Positions 36,165 through 47,854 of a stretch of 64,000 nt of DNA are shown piece after piece. The notes below the pieces were generated by a model. It saw only the letters and a program-made list of their open reading frames with translations. It was not told the origin of the DNA and made no database searches. The DNA comes from Veleropilina oligotropha (lineage: Eukaryota). The first letter of the stretch is position 1. Every line of letters starts with the position of its first letter. The position numbers and the translations under genes were made by a program. The DNA lies in the NCBI GenBank assembly GCA_048128005.1, contig JBEUKZ010000103.1, positions 1-64,000 on the forward strand, written 5' to 3'.

Positions 36165-36595
36165 ATGGCTTCCATTGCGATGCTGGTTGGGGGCGCTCTC
36201 GTCAACGCCCTCGCCTTCAGCGGGTCAAACTTCCTGTTCTCGAAGCTACGCAGCTCCGGTGTTGATGAGGAGCGTAAACGCCACGACAAAGCCGTAGAGC
36301 AGCTCCAGGCCGCTCAGACTAAATGGTCCCAAAAGAGGGCAGAGCATCTCGACTGGCTTAACATCGAACTTCGCCGCCAGGGTCATGCCGTTGGCACTTT
36401 CCGGGATGTTGATGCCGCGATCCATGAGTATGCAGTGATCACCGGCAAGAACCTTGACCCCCCCTGGAGGGTGGCCCTGAGCCCGCCCTGTCCGACTACT
36501 ACATGCCGAGCGACGACCAGAAAAAGCGAGAGATCACCTTCGGCATCCTGGGGATGGCTGCGACCGGGTTGGTAGCCTACAAGCTCCTACCCTAA
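36165..36595 (+). pseudogene. Viral protein with N- and C-terminal TM and central coiled coil (frameshifted)
   Basis: Frameshift near 36460 relative to the intact copy 2 gene. Confidence 0.65.
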
Positions 36596-36629
36596 GTTCC
36601 AGTGGACATTTTTTTCGTGGGCATGTATA

Positions 36630-36920
36630 ATGGGGCTCCCAGAAGAGCTGTACTCCGCTATGCAGGAGGTGGGCCTTGCCGCCCAAAGGCACAAAATCCC
36701 CGGCCCACCCCTTGGTACTACGTCACTCGACTGCTGGCGGCGCAACGAAAAGACTATGGTGCGGTTCGCGGTCATGGTGCTCTCGGGCCCGACCAACCTA
36801 TGGGCGACGACTGGGCAGCTTCCGGAGCCGGTCGCTGAAGCCTGTTGGAGACTGATCAAGTTGCTGGAATACCTCGCAAATCTCGATGGCAGCGAAGAGA
36901 CAAAAGCCCCTGACGGCTAA
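36630..36920 (+). CDS. Viral hypothetical protein
   Basis: 96 aa, open in both copies, overlaps the integrase start. Confidence 0.45.
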   Translation: MGLPEELYSAMQEVGLAAQRHKIPGPPLGTTSLDCWRRNEKTMVRFAVMVLSGPTNLWATTGQLPEPVAEACWRLIKLLEYLANLDGSEETKAPDG

Positions 36921-37574
36921 CGAACTCCACGAAACTCTCCGCAAGTACTACTACGCAGATGGGGGGTTCCAGGGCGTCTCAGCTCTGCACTCAAGGCTTC
37001 CAAAAGGCGCAGCCTCAATAAAAAGAATCCGGGAGTGGATCTCGACACAGGAGGTTGGTCGGTACATGCAGACGAAACCCCCTAGAGAGGTATTTGCCCA
37101 TTTCACGGAGGACAGGCCCGGTGTGATCCACCAGGCCGATCTTCTCTACCTCCCACATGACAAGGTTGGCCGTAAAACGTACAAGTATGCGTTTACCTTG
37201 GTCGACGGGGCCTCTCGCTACAAGGCTGCCAGACCACTAACCTCGAAATCGGCCGGCGAAGTAGCTAAGGCATTTGCTGACATCTACAAGACCAACCCCC
37301 AATTAACTTGGCCAAAAACGCTGATGGTGGATGACGGGAACGAATTCAAGGGGGAAGCATCCACTCTTCTAGGGAAGCAAGGAGTCAATATACGACGCGC
37401 TTCGCCGGGTCATCACCGATCGCAGGCATTTGTGGAGTCATTCAACCGCCGGCTAGCTGAACGACTCTTCAGGAAGCAAGCGCATGAAGAGCTGAACAGC
37501 GGCCGGGACAACCGCCAGTGGGTGTCCGTTCTCGAAGCGGTAGTAGCAGATATGAATGCGACACCAACACGACT
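36886..37574 (+). CDS. Retroviral-type (rve) integrase of Polinton type, 3'-truncated
   Basis: HQADL..YKY..TLVD..SRY, LMVDDGNEF, SQAFVESFNRRL (DDE triad). Confidence 0.92.
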
Positions 37575-39205
37575 AGATAGATAGATAGATATTTATTTTC
37601 CTTTTCAATATATTATATAGTTACAAAATGTATAACAATGATTATTCAGACGGTTGAAAAAGAAGGATGACACTTGAGTCTAAATTAGACTGTTCCTTGA
37701 AAAAAGGTAGCACCACCCTGAAAAAAATATTTATATATAATGTTTAGTTTAAAGTAAAGAAATAATGACACTCACAGGATAAATCACTTACACTTTCAAT
37801 AACAAACATTCAGCATACGCATACATTTACATATCTATACACTCAAAAAATAATATGCATATACATACATATACATATACACGCACATATACATACATAC
37901 ACATACACAAACATATACATAAACACATACACATACATAAACATATACACATATACAATATATTATATAATTACATATATTAAATAAACACCTAATCACA
38001 CATACGCAAAACAAACATGTGCATATTAACGGAAAGTACTTAAACATATACAAACATATACATGTTTACATAATGTTTAGTTTACAATTAGCCTAAGTTG
38101 ACTTGCTGATTGGATTTGAATTTAATAATTTACAATCTTTTTTTTAATAATGTTATTTGTCAAGCATTTGATGGATGTACTGTTCTTCAACGTTGTGGCC
38201 AGATTTCCCCACATAGATGGCATTTTGCATAGTAAACTGTTGTTATATATCATTTTTGTATGCCTTTGTATTATCGGGTCTCGCCTGTTCCGAGTATTGT
38301 AAGAATGAACAGATAAACTGTTAGTAAACAGGCTCTCTAAAGGAGACGGCAGTTGTTTATTATAGTATTTATACCCTAGTTTGTTTAATGACAACTCGAT
38401 GACATCGTCGAGTTTTAAGATATTAAGACTTTTAAAAATTGCGTTACTCGGGGCGTTATATTTTTTGTTTGCAATTAATCTGACACATTTTTTCTGTAAG
38501 GTAAATATTTTGTTGTAATGGAATCTTTTTAGCATCGGGCCCCAAATAGATACCCCATAAGTGATGTGACAATGTACAGTGCTAAAATATAACGTTCGTT
38601 TTGTCCAAGTTGGTAGTTTGTTTTTACAGCATCGTATTGCGTACATGCTTCTTTTCAATTTATTTTGTATATATTTGGCCTGATCGTTCCAATTTAACTG
38701 CTCGTCGATGATTATACCAAGAAATTTTGTATGTTTGACCTGTTCTATTGGCATGTTGTTAATTTCCAAGTTGGGTATAGTAATTTCATTTTTATTTTGA
38801 CGGAATAGAATATAATGTGTCTTATTGACATTTAACGATAATTTATTACTGTTGAACCACTCAGCCATCAGGGCAAGATCAGAATTTACCATATCCCTGA
38901 GTTTATTTATGTTTTTATCACTGGCATATGCAGTGGTGTCGTCTGCAAAGCTAATTATCTTGATATATCTTAGACATTTACTGAGATCATTAATGTATAT
39001 TAAGAACAGTAAGGGACCTAGAATTGACCCCTGAGGGACACCAGAGTCATTTGGCACGTAATTGGATGTTACGTTTTCGGTATTAACATCTGTATGTAAA
39101 ATTACGCGCTGCATACGTCCTGAAAGATAACTTTCAAACCAGTTTAATGGTACTCCCCTTATACCATAGTGTTCTAGTTTTCGTTGTAAAATTTTGTGGT
39201 CTATC
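37575..39205 (-). mobile_element. 5'-truncated CR1/L2-group LINE (RT C-terminal half, 3'UTR, (TATC)n tail)
   Basis: KLEHYGIRG..WFESYL, GVPQGSILGPLLFLIYINDL, FADDT; ORF stop at 38122. Confidence 0.9.
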
Positions 39206-39867
39206 TCACACAAAACGTGAGTGAAAAACAAAAAAATAAAATGTTTGCACATGAATGGACGTCGTACCCAGCTGCACTGTTTCAACCAAGCGCACATGAC
39301 AGTAAAGTGTACGAGATGCAAAAGGGACAAAAGCAAGACTTTCTGATTCCCTTGAAAACAGTACTTGCAGATTCATGGGAAGAGGAACAGCTGCCAACAT
39401 CACCTTTGAGGACTGCGTATGTAGTTGATGCAATGGCCTTTGTGCAAAGACACAACAGTCTTGGTGCTACAATGTTTGTATACCTACAACAAAAATACGT
39501 GGACAAACTGTTGAAGGACAAACCAGCCGACTGTGAGTGTGTGCATTTCGTAGGAGACAGATACGACTTTAGCCCGATGGAAAGCTTGAAAGCTGAGGAA
39601 CGTGACAAACGCCAAAGGTCCACCAAGGATGCCATGTGCAGAGAATATGTGCCAAGTGACTCGCTAGACATTCCCGAGTGGACGAAATTTTGTGCAAACC
39701 CAAACAACAAGGCTAATCTACTACACTGTATTGAACATTCATGGATGCAGCGCCACCAACAACTGCCAGCTGGTTTCCAATTCGTCCTTGGAGGCTTACA
39801 CACCGATCGAGGATGCACTCAATGTCTTACAAACACCGGCCCAACCCAGTTGACTGTTCTAAACTGC
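39206..39867 (+). pseudogene. Duplicated Academ transposase fragment
   Basis: Near-identical to ~20281-20942. Confidence 0.92.
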
Positions 39868-40791
39868 AGGGGGGACTAGGGCATTTTGAACTCGGTTATT
39901 TGGGCCAGGAAGGCTCCCAGCCCCATCCGCGGAAGACACTGGAAAATGTGTTTCAGGCGGGCGGTGGTTAATGTAGAGGGGAGGACTAGGGTAGCTTAGA
40001 ATAGTCTATTTGGGGCGCGGAGGCTCCCACCACCGTCTGAGACTGGAGTTGACAATAGCTGTTATCTCCCGTCGATGAGGCCCCCAGGGTATTTTAGAAT
40101 ACTCCAGGGAGGGGGCCCCGGTGGCCGGGACGGCTCCCAGCTCCGTCCGAAACTAGGGTAGCTTAGAATAGTCTATTTGGGCCCCGGCGGCCACCCCCAC
40201 GCCCGTTTGAACGGAGCTGGTAGTACGAGCCATTAGGGACTTGGGACCATTACCCTCGCCGGCCCGTTTGGCCGTCTGCTGTTGTCTCTCCCGCGTCTAT
40301 TATTAGCCGTAGCTTCCTGGTCGCGTCGCGTATATCGCACTCAATAGGCTGGCTGACGAAGCACGATAACTGTCACCTCACCCCGGCTGACTCAACATTA
40401 TTAGGCCTAGGCCTATATGACGCACTTCCAGCCTTTTCTGTCCGCTTCCGGCCTTTTCTGTCCGCAGGTAAACAAACGTACCGGAAACTCTGGACCAAAA
40501 CGGTTTTATCTGCTTCCGTTCGAAAGTTTCTTGACAAAACTCTGCGCTCTGGACAAAAACTTTTATCTGTGTCAGAGATTTTTTTTCTGGGTCGGCCACA
40601 AGCTCTCTTGACAAAATATTTCTTTTCTGGGTCAGCAACGACAGTAGACGGCTGAACGGGCTAATAATAGACGCGGGAGAGACAACAGCACACGGATATA
40701 ACGTGTGGTGATAAGAGCAGCGGGCTATGAATAGATGCGGGGGAAGCCAGAAAATGTGTTTGAGGGCGGGGACTACCCGAGATAGCAGCGG

Positions 40792-41205
40792 TTAGATGTA
40801 GATGTAGTTCCCGCTGGCTAGCGTGCAGCTGCATGACGACAGGTGTCCTATTTGACTCCACGCACCCCCGCAACCGGTAGATAACATTGAGAAATAATGC
40901 CCGTGTTTTCCAGTACATCGGGAGGGCTGTTCACACTGGATGCAAACAACAGTATTTGGGTCGGGGCCACAGTCATTATCCCCGACAACATAGTAGTGAC
41001 ATGAGGGTGGGGATACATCAGGGGGGTCTCGTAGCAAGTTTCTCCGCAAGGGGTCTAGTCGGATGTTGTACATGTGGTGGTTTCGGTACCTGGCCCACGT
41101 GTGTTCGAGAATTAGTGCGGTGTCGTGTGACGACGCCTGGGAGACACCCGCTAGCCAGGACACCGCGGCAAAGCACAGAAGTAGCATGGATTTCATGGAT
41201 TTCAT
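40792..41205 (-). CDS. Secreted 8-Cys IL-17/cystine-knot-like protein, copy 2
   Basis: All 8 mature-region Cys retained. Confidence 0.6.
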   Translation of the reverse strand: MKSMKSMLLLCFAAVSWLAGVSQASSHDTALILEHTWARYRNHHMYNIRLDPLRRNLLRDPPDVSPPSCHYYVVGDNDCGPDPNTVVCIQCEQPSRCTGKHGHYFSMLSTGCGGAWSQIGHLSSCSCTLASGNYIYI

Positions 41206-41287
41206 GGCTTGTCCAGATATCACTGTCTGAGTTCGAGCTTTAATACGGGGGAGGGGGGAAGTCCCCCCCCACGATTAACCTGGATGG

Positions 41288-41938
41288 TTAGTAGCCAACT
41301 CCGATTTTTTTCAGCAGCTCCGCACGTCCCTCTTTACGACCACGCTCAATAAGCTCGCTTTGGGTCTGTGAGACCGCGGTGTGCGCCTTTGTACTTTTGA
41401 GACGCAGGGTGGCCTTCATTGTCCGATATTTGGCCACCTCATCTGTGACCAGTTGAAATTCATCATCAGCCATCTCCCCGTCCGCTAAGGCCTTTGAGAT
41501 GTGGTCGGTGATGGTGTTCAGCTTGCTTTCGGCCAGTACTCGTATCTCGTCGTGCTTCTTAGCCTTCACTTGGAGGCGGCGGCTGATGTATTTTCCACCC
41601 ATACTCGCGAGCCCACACCCCAACGCCGCTAATTCCAGCACTAGTACCACAGGTGCCGCAACGATTGTGGACAGTAGACCAATGCCGGCGCTACCCATAC
41701 CAAGGGTGGCAACGACAAGGGCCGAATCTATCCCGTCAATGACATTCACGCCTCTTCGGTACTTCTTGTACAGGGCAGCCCTTCCGTCCCTCTCTCATTC
41801 TAGCTGTCCCTGAAGCTCATTCACCTTCTGTAGTCGGAAAGACTGTGCCTCTGGCAGTTCCGAAAGAACATCGCCAGGCCTACCACCAAGTTGTGGGTAC
41901 AGCGTTGGCGCTGATGGCGGCGTGGGTTTGTCCATCAT
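41288..41938 (-). pseudogene. PSAP/LYPxL membrane protein, copy 2, premature stop
   Basis: CGA to TGA at 41797-41795. Confidence 0.7.
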
Positions 41939-42285
41939 ACGTAGCTGTACTGTTCCGCCCGTTGGTTCAAAATGTCGACCTTGACGTTCAAATAGAGGGT
42001 GTTCACCCATGGGGCCTTGAGGGCAAAGGCGAGTGTTAGCTTCTCCGAATCCAGGCCAACTTTATTTATGGAACATGCCTTGGGGCTGCCCCCAGCCGGC
42101 TGGACCGGCGTCATGTGGATCATTAGAAGGTCTGGGTTCAACCCAAACCGACCTCCAGTGTTTGGGATCATAAACTCCCTCCTCACCAGCCCCTTCTTGC
42201 TCGCTTCTCCACAATTAAGAACAAAGTGCCACCGGGTCGCTGAAGGCTCATCTGCAAGGAGGGTCCCATAGATGCTGCTCATCAT
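41935..42285 (-). CDS. Viral hypothetical protein, copy 2
   Basis: Paralog of 22995..23342. Confidence 0.6.
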   Translation of the reverse strand: MMSSIYGTLLADEPSATRWHFVLNCGEASKKGLVRREFMIPNTGGRFGLNPDLLMIHMTPVQPAGGSPKACSINKVGLDSEKLTLAFALKAPWVNTLYLNVKVDILNQRAEQYSYV

Positions 42286-42935
42286 ATCTCAAGGACTGCT
42301 GAAATAGGCATACCGTGGTTGTCTAGCGGGTTACCGTCTGAATCTGTGACGTACACCTTCAATTCCATGAGTTGCCCGGCCTGCAGTCGCCGAAATTCTG
42401 GATAACTATGATAGTAGGCAGCCTCACCGAACATCTGCGATGTTATAGGGACCACCGCGAGAATCTTGCTCGGGGCGCCGTCTTTCACATTGTGTGTGGT
42501 ACTGACCTGCTCCAGATGAACGTGCAGGGTCGCGGAGATGGCAAACCCGACAGGCTTGTTCCCGTCATAAGTCCCAGGGTGTAGCCACCCAGAAAGGTTG
42601 AAGCCGAGGAGCTTCAGTAGATCATCGGAGATCGCGAGTCGAGTCCCCTCTGGGACAACGAGTTGCGCGAGTCCGGTAGCATGGCATACGTCTAGCCGCA
42701 TGGTCGCTAGCGACCTCTTCATAGTCTTGGCGAGGGAATCGAAGCTGTAGAAACCCGGTGCCACCTTCACGGTGTTATTGGGGGTTTTGAAGAAGGCTCC
42801 AGCGTGTACGTTATGCCAACCGACCCAATAGTCGAGCGACTGCAAGCCGACACATAGCTGGCCTTCCCGGTTATCTATCGGTTGCAGGAGGGGGACCGCG
42901 GTCCCCGTTTGAACACTCGTTACCGTGTGAAACAT
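42282..42935 (-). CDS. Minor capsid (penton)-like protein, intact
   Basis: 217-aa ORF with a penton-like C-terminal pattern. Confidence 0.65.
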   Translation of the reverse strand: MFHTVTSVQTGTAVPLLQPIDNREGQLCVGLQSLDYWVGWHNVHAGAFFKTPNNTVKVAPGFYSFDSLAKTMKRSLATMRLDVCHATGLAQLVVPEGTRLAISDDLLKLLGFNLSGWLHPGTYDGNKPVGFAISATLHVHLEQVSTTHNVKDGAPSKILAVVPITSQMFGEAAYYHSYPEFRRLQAGQLMELKVYVTDSDGNPLDNHGMPISAVLEI

Positions 42936-42939
42936 AGCT

Positions 42940-43204
42940 ATGGCTAAGAGCCCCTTTGCTTTTAATAGGAGTGCGGCCTATCCGACCGGTGTGGTGTACC
43001 CGGCAAAGATAACAGATGAGCAGCTTACAAGACCAAGCAGTCTTATGGGCAGATGCGAGCATACCGGTGGTCACTCCGAAGCATCCAAATGCTGAGCCGG
43101 CTATGGCGGCAGCTGTTCCACATGACGAGGAGAAAACCGCACTCATCGTGGGTGGCGTCGTCGTTGGCCTAGCGTTTATTTGGCTGGCTGCACCCACTGG
43201 CTAG
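42940..43204 (+). pseudogene. Internally deleted copy of the 24000 gene
   Basis: Copy-1 bases 24099-25133 are absent; junction at 43038/43039. Confidence 0.85.
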
Positions 43205-44441
43205 CGGCCATAAGAAGCAAGCCCCCAACAGATATAATCACAGCCCACAGGTTCTCAGCAAGCCACGACGCTGTCTTGCCGACCAGGTTGATGAGCCAGG
43301 AAAGTAGGCTTCCAAGCATGCCTGGGAGTGCCGCTGCCACCTTCCCCGCTAGTTTGCCCAGAATCCGACCCAGGGTTTGCAGGTGCTTTTTTACCCACTC
43401 CTTCATGCCTTGACCACTGGAAGGTGGTGGTGGTGGTGAGATGCTCGGCGCCCCGCCTGTTAGGGCTAGTACCAAAGTCGAGATGGCCATGCCAATCGCG
43501 GTCAGTATAGTCACGATCGTGACCCCCTGCTCGCGGAACAGGGTCCGGACGCGCTCGGCCAGCGTTGTGTCTGAGTGGAGAATCCGACTTATCATCTCTC
43601 GGATCCGGCTAATTTGGGAGTGAAGGGCATCCCGGCTGGACGAGGCTGCCTTTAGGCGAGCTGCTCGTTCATCATTTAGGTCGCGCAGACGTTCCGCGAT
43701 TCGTCGACGAATGAACTCCTCCACACCCCCTTGATCTGCCTGATCGAGTTTCCCTTTCTCCAGCGCTATGTGTTCATCCAGCGACGACAGTTTGGCCAGG
43801 TTGTTGGTGAGCTCGCCTCGAATGGTCTGCATCGCCTTGTCAAGCCCGCGAAGCTCTCGCAGATTCAATGGAGGGTCCCCCATTGTGCTCAAGATCTCAT
43901 CCACCTCGGCGTCTGTGAAAGACGTCTCCATTTTGTGGTTTGCAGATGCCACATCTGTAGCGGTTCGCCCCAAGTCCTGCAGTTCTACGTTGTCTACATT
44001 GGCGGCCGCACCGCTCAACTCACTGTCGGCCGTCTGAAGAGCTGCAACCGCCTTTGAGGACGGCTTTTGTCCCCCCCGCCTCCAGTCTACAAAACCCAAC
44101 CCTTCTCTGATGGCACTACCCCCACCACGCCGGCCAGCGATTGTTGCCAAAGCCTTGGATTTACCAGTGCTAGCGTTGATGAGGTCGATGTGGGGGTAGG
44201 CCTTCATCTGCAATCGCCCATCCACGTAATCGAACCTGGAATAATCACGCCCCGTGGCAGGGGTTTGCCCCTCCTCTGATAGGGCGTTGTAGTAGTCATC
44301 CACCGCTGTTTGAACGAGCTCTTGTCACAGACCGCTGGTTCCTTCCTGTGGCAGTGCCAGCACAATCCAGTCAGTGGATCCAACCACATCATCATCGTCG
44401 ATGATATCGGGCTCGAACGCGGGGTTCTCGAATTCCGCCAT
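43176..44441 (-). pseudogene. ~420-aa coiled-coil/membrane-active viral protein with one in-frame stop
   Basis: ATG at 44441 (MAEFENPAFEPD...) is in frame with ORF 43176..44303, separated by a single TGA. Confidence 0.7.
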
Positions 44442-44493
44442 GTTGAATACAGCCGCCTGGGTACGCATCTAATACAGCCATAGCGACAACAAC

Positions 44494-45798
44494 ATGGCCA
44501 GCCTGTACGGACGCAAGCTCGATCCATACCGCAGACTGCGAGAGCCCCTTGGGGTCAAGGGCATCCGCCAGTCGGTCACTATAACCAACAACCCATCAAC
44601 GATCGCCGCCAACCAGCAGCTCTTGGTTCGGTTCCCTAATCTCGGGGCTCATGACGTTATCGTTCCAGGGACTGCCCACCTGGCATTTACAATCTCTCTG
44701 AACTCGTCGGACCCGAATAGGACCGTCGTTCAGAACCTTGGTCGTGCCGTGATCAAGAAGACCACGATAAAGATCAGTGGAAACGAGATCATGTCTATCG
44801 ACGACTCCGACGTCTATCAGTGCTATTGCGATCTCTGCAAGACCCCCCAGGAATGCCAGAGTGCTCAATACCAGGGGATCGATACCAGCGAGTCGACCAA
44901 TGTTACCAGACTGCGTGTTGGTGCAGCCGACGCCTTCAGAGTTTCTGAGGATGTGGCCATCTCGGTCGCTTACGGGAATAGGTTCCGCACCCCGCTGGAC
45001 TTCGAGTTGCTGGAAAGCCACATGCCCTTCTACCAGAGTGCTCTGGGGGACCGTCTGGAGTACGAGCTAACGTTCAACGACCACTCAAGGACGATCAAGG
45101 CTGCGGACGACCCCAGTGCCAGCTATATCATCGAGAACATCAGCCTGGAATATGACATGGTCACCCAGGTAGACCTGGCCAGGCTGATACGCAACCAGTA
45201 CTCGGGCCGCCTCGCCATCCTCTACGACCGTGTGCTCCGGCATCGCAAGCTCACCAGAGACAAGAGCGACACGTTGTGGAACCTTAACCTGAATGTACCG
45301 GCGCGGTCGATGAAAGGCATCCTACTGCTGTTTGAGGACCCAGCGAGAGATGCCGCAGCATTCGCGAGGGACACCGAGGCCTTCTATAATCCGAAGATCA
45401 CAAAGGTCGAGGTCACCATCGAGGGGGTCCCGAATCAATTCTACAGCCAGGGCTTGCGTTCATACCAGGTGTGGGAGGAAGCCACGAAATTGTTCGCCTC
45501 CAACCCGATCAGCAAGCGGCATCCTGAGGTGGCGTTGGTTGCAAAGGAGTTGGCTCTGGCAGACGTCACCCTGGGTGCGTTCTTGACCAAAAAGTACGCA
45601 CTCTGGATAGACATGCGGGTAACCGACGACGATCAGCTGCACGGGTCAGGCCGGAGGGTAGAGAACGCCAGCGAGGGCATCACAATCCAGGTCACTAAGA
45701 CAGGCGAGGCAGCCGGCCCGTTGAATGTTTACCTATACGTAATCATGGATGCCCAGCTTAACATCGAGAATGGACGCTTCGTCGCAGCGCTGTACTAG
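44494..45798 (+). CDS. Putative major capsid protein, copy 2
   Basis: 434-aa paralog of 32804..34108. Confidence 0.7.
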   Translation: MASLYGRKLDPYRRLREPLGVKGIRQSVTITNNPSTIAANQQLLVRFPNLGAHDVIVPGTAHLAFTISLNSSDPNRTVVQNLGRAVIKKTTIKISGNEIMSIDDSDVYQCYCDLCKTPQECQSAQYQGIDTSESTNVTRLRVGAADAFRVSEDVAISVAYGNRFRTPLDFELLESHMPFYQSALGDRLEYELTFNDHSRTIKAADDPSASYIIENISLEYDMVTQVDLARLIRNQYSGRLAILYDRVLRHRKLTRDKSDTLWNLNLNVPARSMKGILLLFEDPARDAAAFARDTEAFYNPKITKVEVTIEGVPNQFYSQGLRSYQVWEEATKLFASNPISKRHPEVALVAKELALADVTLGAFLTKKYALWIDMRVTDDDQLHGSGRRVENASEGITIQVTKTGEAAGPLNVYLYVIMDAQLNIENGRFVAALY

Positions 45799-46401
45799 AC
45801 GGTTCCCGCACACCACGGACCCCCACTCCGCAATCATTTGTGGCCAGACTGGTTGTGGGAAGACGGTTTTCATGCTTGAACTGCTGAAAGGAGTCTATCG
45901 AGGGGTGTTCCGGCACATCGTAATCCTCTGCCCCACGATCAAGTACAACAAAGCATACCAGTCCTCTCCGTGGATCTGGACTGACCCGGAGGTGTATATA
46001 ATCCCCCCCGGTGAGCGACTTCACGATTGGTTGCGGGGTTCTACCGGCTGTTCCAGGGGGAATCAACCCTATACATCATCGACGACTGCGCCGCCAGCAA
46101 GGCCCTAGCCAAGAGAAGGGATATGCTGACCGCGTTGGCCTTTAGCGGGAGGCATGCCGAACAGAGTGTGTGGGTGGTGACGCAAAAATACAACTCGGTC
46201 TTGAAGGAGCTAAGAGAGCAGACCCACTGGGTCGCGCTGTTTCACTGCAAGGACCGAGACAGCTTCGAAGACTGTCTCCGCGAGAATGACGTAATCCCGT
46301 CGCAGGATGAGAGAACCACGGTGCGCCGGCTGTTGGCAGAGGCTACTTACGCCAAGCTGCTGTTAAAAACTGATCAGCCCGTTGCTTATAGTGTGCTCTA
46401 G
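45749..46401 (+). pseudogene. Packaging ATPase, copy 2, frameshifted
   Basis: One G lost from the run near 46035. Confidence 0.88.
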
Positions 46402-46434
46402 CATCTACCAGGCATCTCCTAGCATCTACCCAGC

Positions 46435-47578
46435 ATGTCGGACGCTGTATACATAGTCTTTGCTTGCAGCCAGAGCCTGATGTTGCTGCTCCTGGCCACA
46501 TTGTGGTATTGGCTGTACGGTTATATTAGACCGGCGAGGCGATGTTGGAAACGCTTGAGGATGGACAGCCTGATCGATCAACTCATGGAGGACGATGGCG
46601 AGGAACCTGTCAGTGGCCACCGCTTGACTCCCGATGGCGAGGAACCTGTCAGTAACAGTAGCTTCGCCAGTTCCGAAGGAACGGCAAAAAAGCGGGAGAG
46701 GCTGGCAGCATTAGCCGTTGGAGGACAGGCCCACAGATACTTGGGGCGCAACCTCACGGTGGACCGGATCGACGCTATGACCGATGAAGAGATTGATAAA
46801 CACCACGCAAGGTACGAAGCGAAGCTCGGTGCCGAAATGACGAAAACCCTGGGGACTGCAGCTATACACCTGTATGCGGGGGCAGCTGGGATGTTCTTGC
46901 CCATCCCACCAGAAAGCCAACTACGACTGATCGCCGACCTGGAGGCCGACCCTTTCATCTCACACGCGCTGTGCTCTGCAACCTGCGAGTTGTATCACCA
47001 GTACGGAATGTACCTAGCACCGTTGACCGCAGCATTGACCACGGCTAGACACTGCCAATTTGGACATGTTTGCCCACCCAAGATATCACGAGGTCAAGAT
47101 GACAATGCTGGAAATGGACCAGCCGATAGAGAGGGTGACTTATTCTCCCCCCTCTTCCGCGGGGGCTCCCCACGTCGGGGAAGGACCCTAAAAAGGTGGC
47201 TGCAGGTCGGGCCGGTGCTGCTGCGAGGAAAGCCAAACAGGAGAGGCTACTTGCCGAGGTTAGAAAACTTAAGGAAGACACCCGTACAGTTCCAGAACTA
47301 CCGGAGGTACAGCCACACAGTGGTGATACCCCGGCCGAGGTGACCACGGTCGAAAACGACTTTCGCGCCGGGGCGCAGTGTCACATACGCGGAAATCGGA
47401 CCCATTTAAGTGGACCCATGGACTCTTCGCTGCGGGCGGGGTTGCGTTGCTATTCGTTGTCTGGAAACGTAGCAGTGGTGTATCCACACCACATCAACAG
47501 CCACCAGCACCGGCGAGGCAGCCGGCTCCCGCCCTCACCATCGAATTGGAGACTCACAACCCGTTCCATATGCGATAG
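46435..47578 (+). pseudogene. Copy 2 of the 380-aa gene, frameshifted
   Basis: Indels near 47155 and 47370. Confidence 0.65.
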
Positions 47579-47590
47579 TAGCAGTACAAC

Positions 47591-47830
47591 ATGACTACCC
47601 CAATCACAGATGGAAAGATGCTCGGCAACGCCATATATCATTCGGCCATCATGTCTGGCCTGGCCATTGGCTACTCACGCCTGGTAAAGATGGCCTTCAA
47701 GGGGGTAAGCCCCAAGCTGGACTTCACTGGTTACGATGTTGGGATGGTGGTCCTCGACATAGCGCTCACCATGGCGATGAAAGATCTGCTGATCCGGCAA
47801 GGCCTCATTCCCGCCGACGTATTGAAGTAG
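47591..47830 (+). CDS. Small hydrophobic viral protein, copy 2
   Basis: Paralog of 35901..36140. Confidence 0.6.
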   Translation: MTTPITDGKMLGNAIYHSAIMSGLAIGYSRLVKMAFKGVSPKLDFTGYDVGMVVLDIALTMAMKDLLIRQGLIPADVLK

Positions 47831-47854
47831 TGGTTGCGGTACCGCATCACTTCA

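Larger units (their letters stand above)
20943..37574. mobile_element. Endogenous Polinton-like/adintovirus-like virus, copy 1 (right part missing)
   Basis: Abrupt GC-rich, gene-dense, intronless block starting AGGGGGGGACTAGGG; capsid-like genes, ATPase and rve integrase. Confidence 0.85.

Noticed and set aside
38122..39336. 404-aa full-length RT gene
   Set aside because: The first ~44 codons are antisense Academ sequence; a chimeric ORF across a junction.
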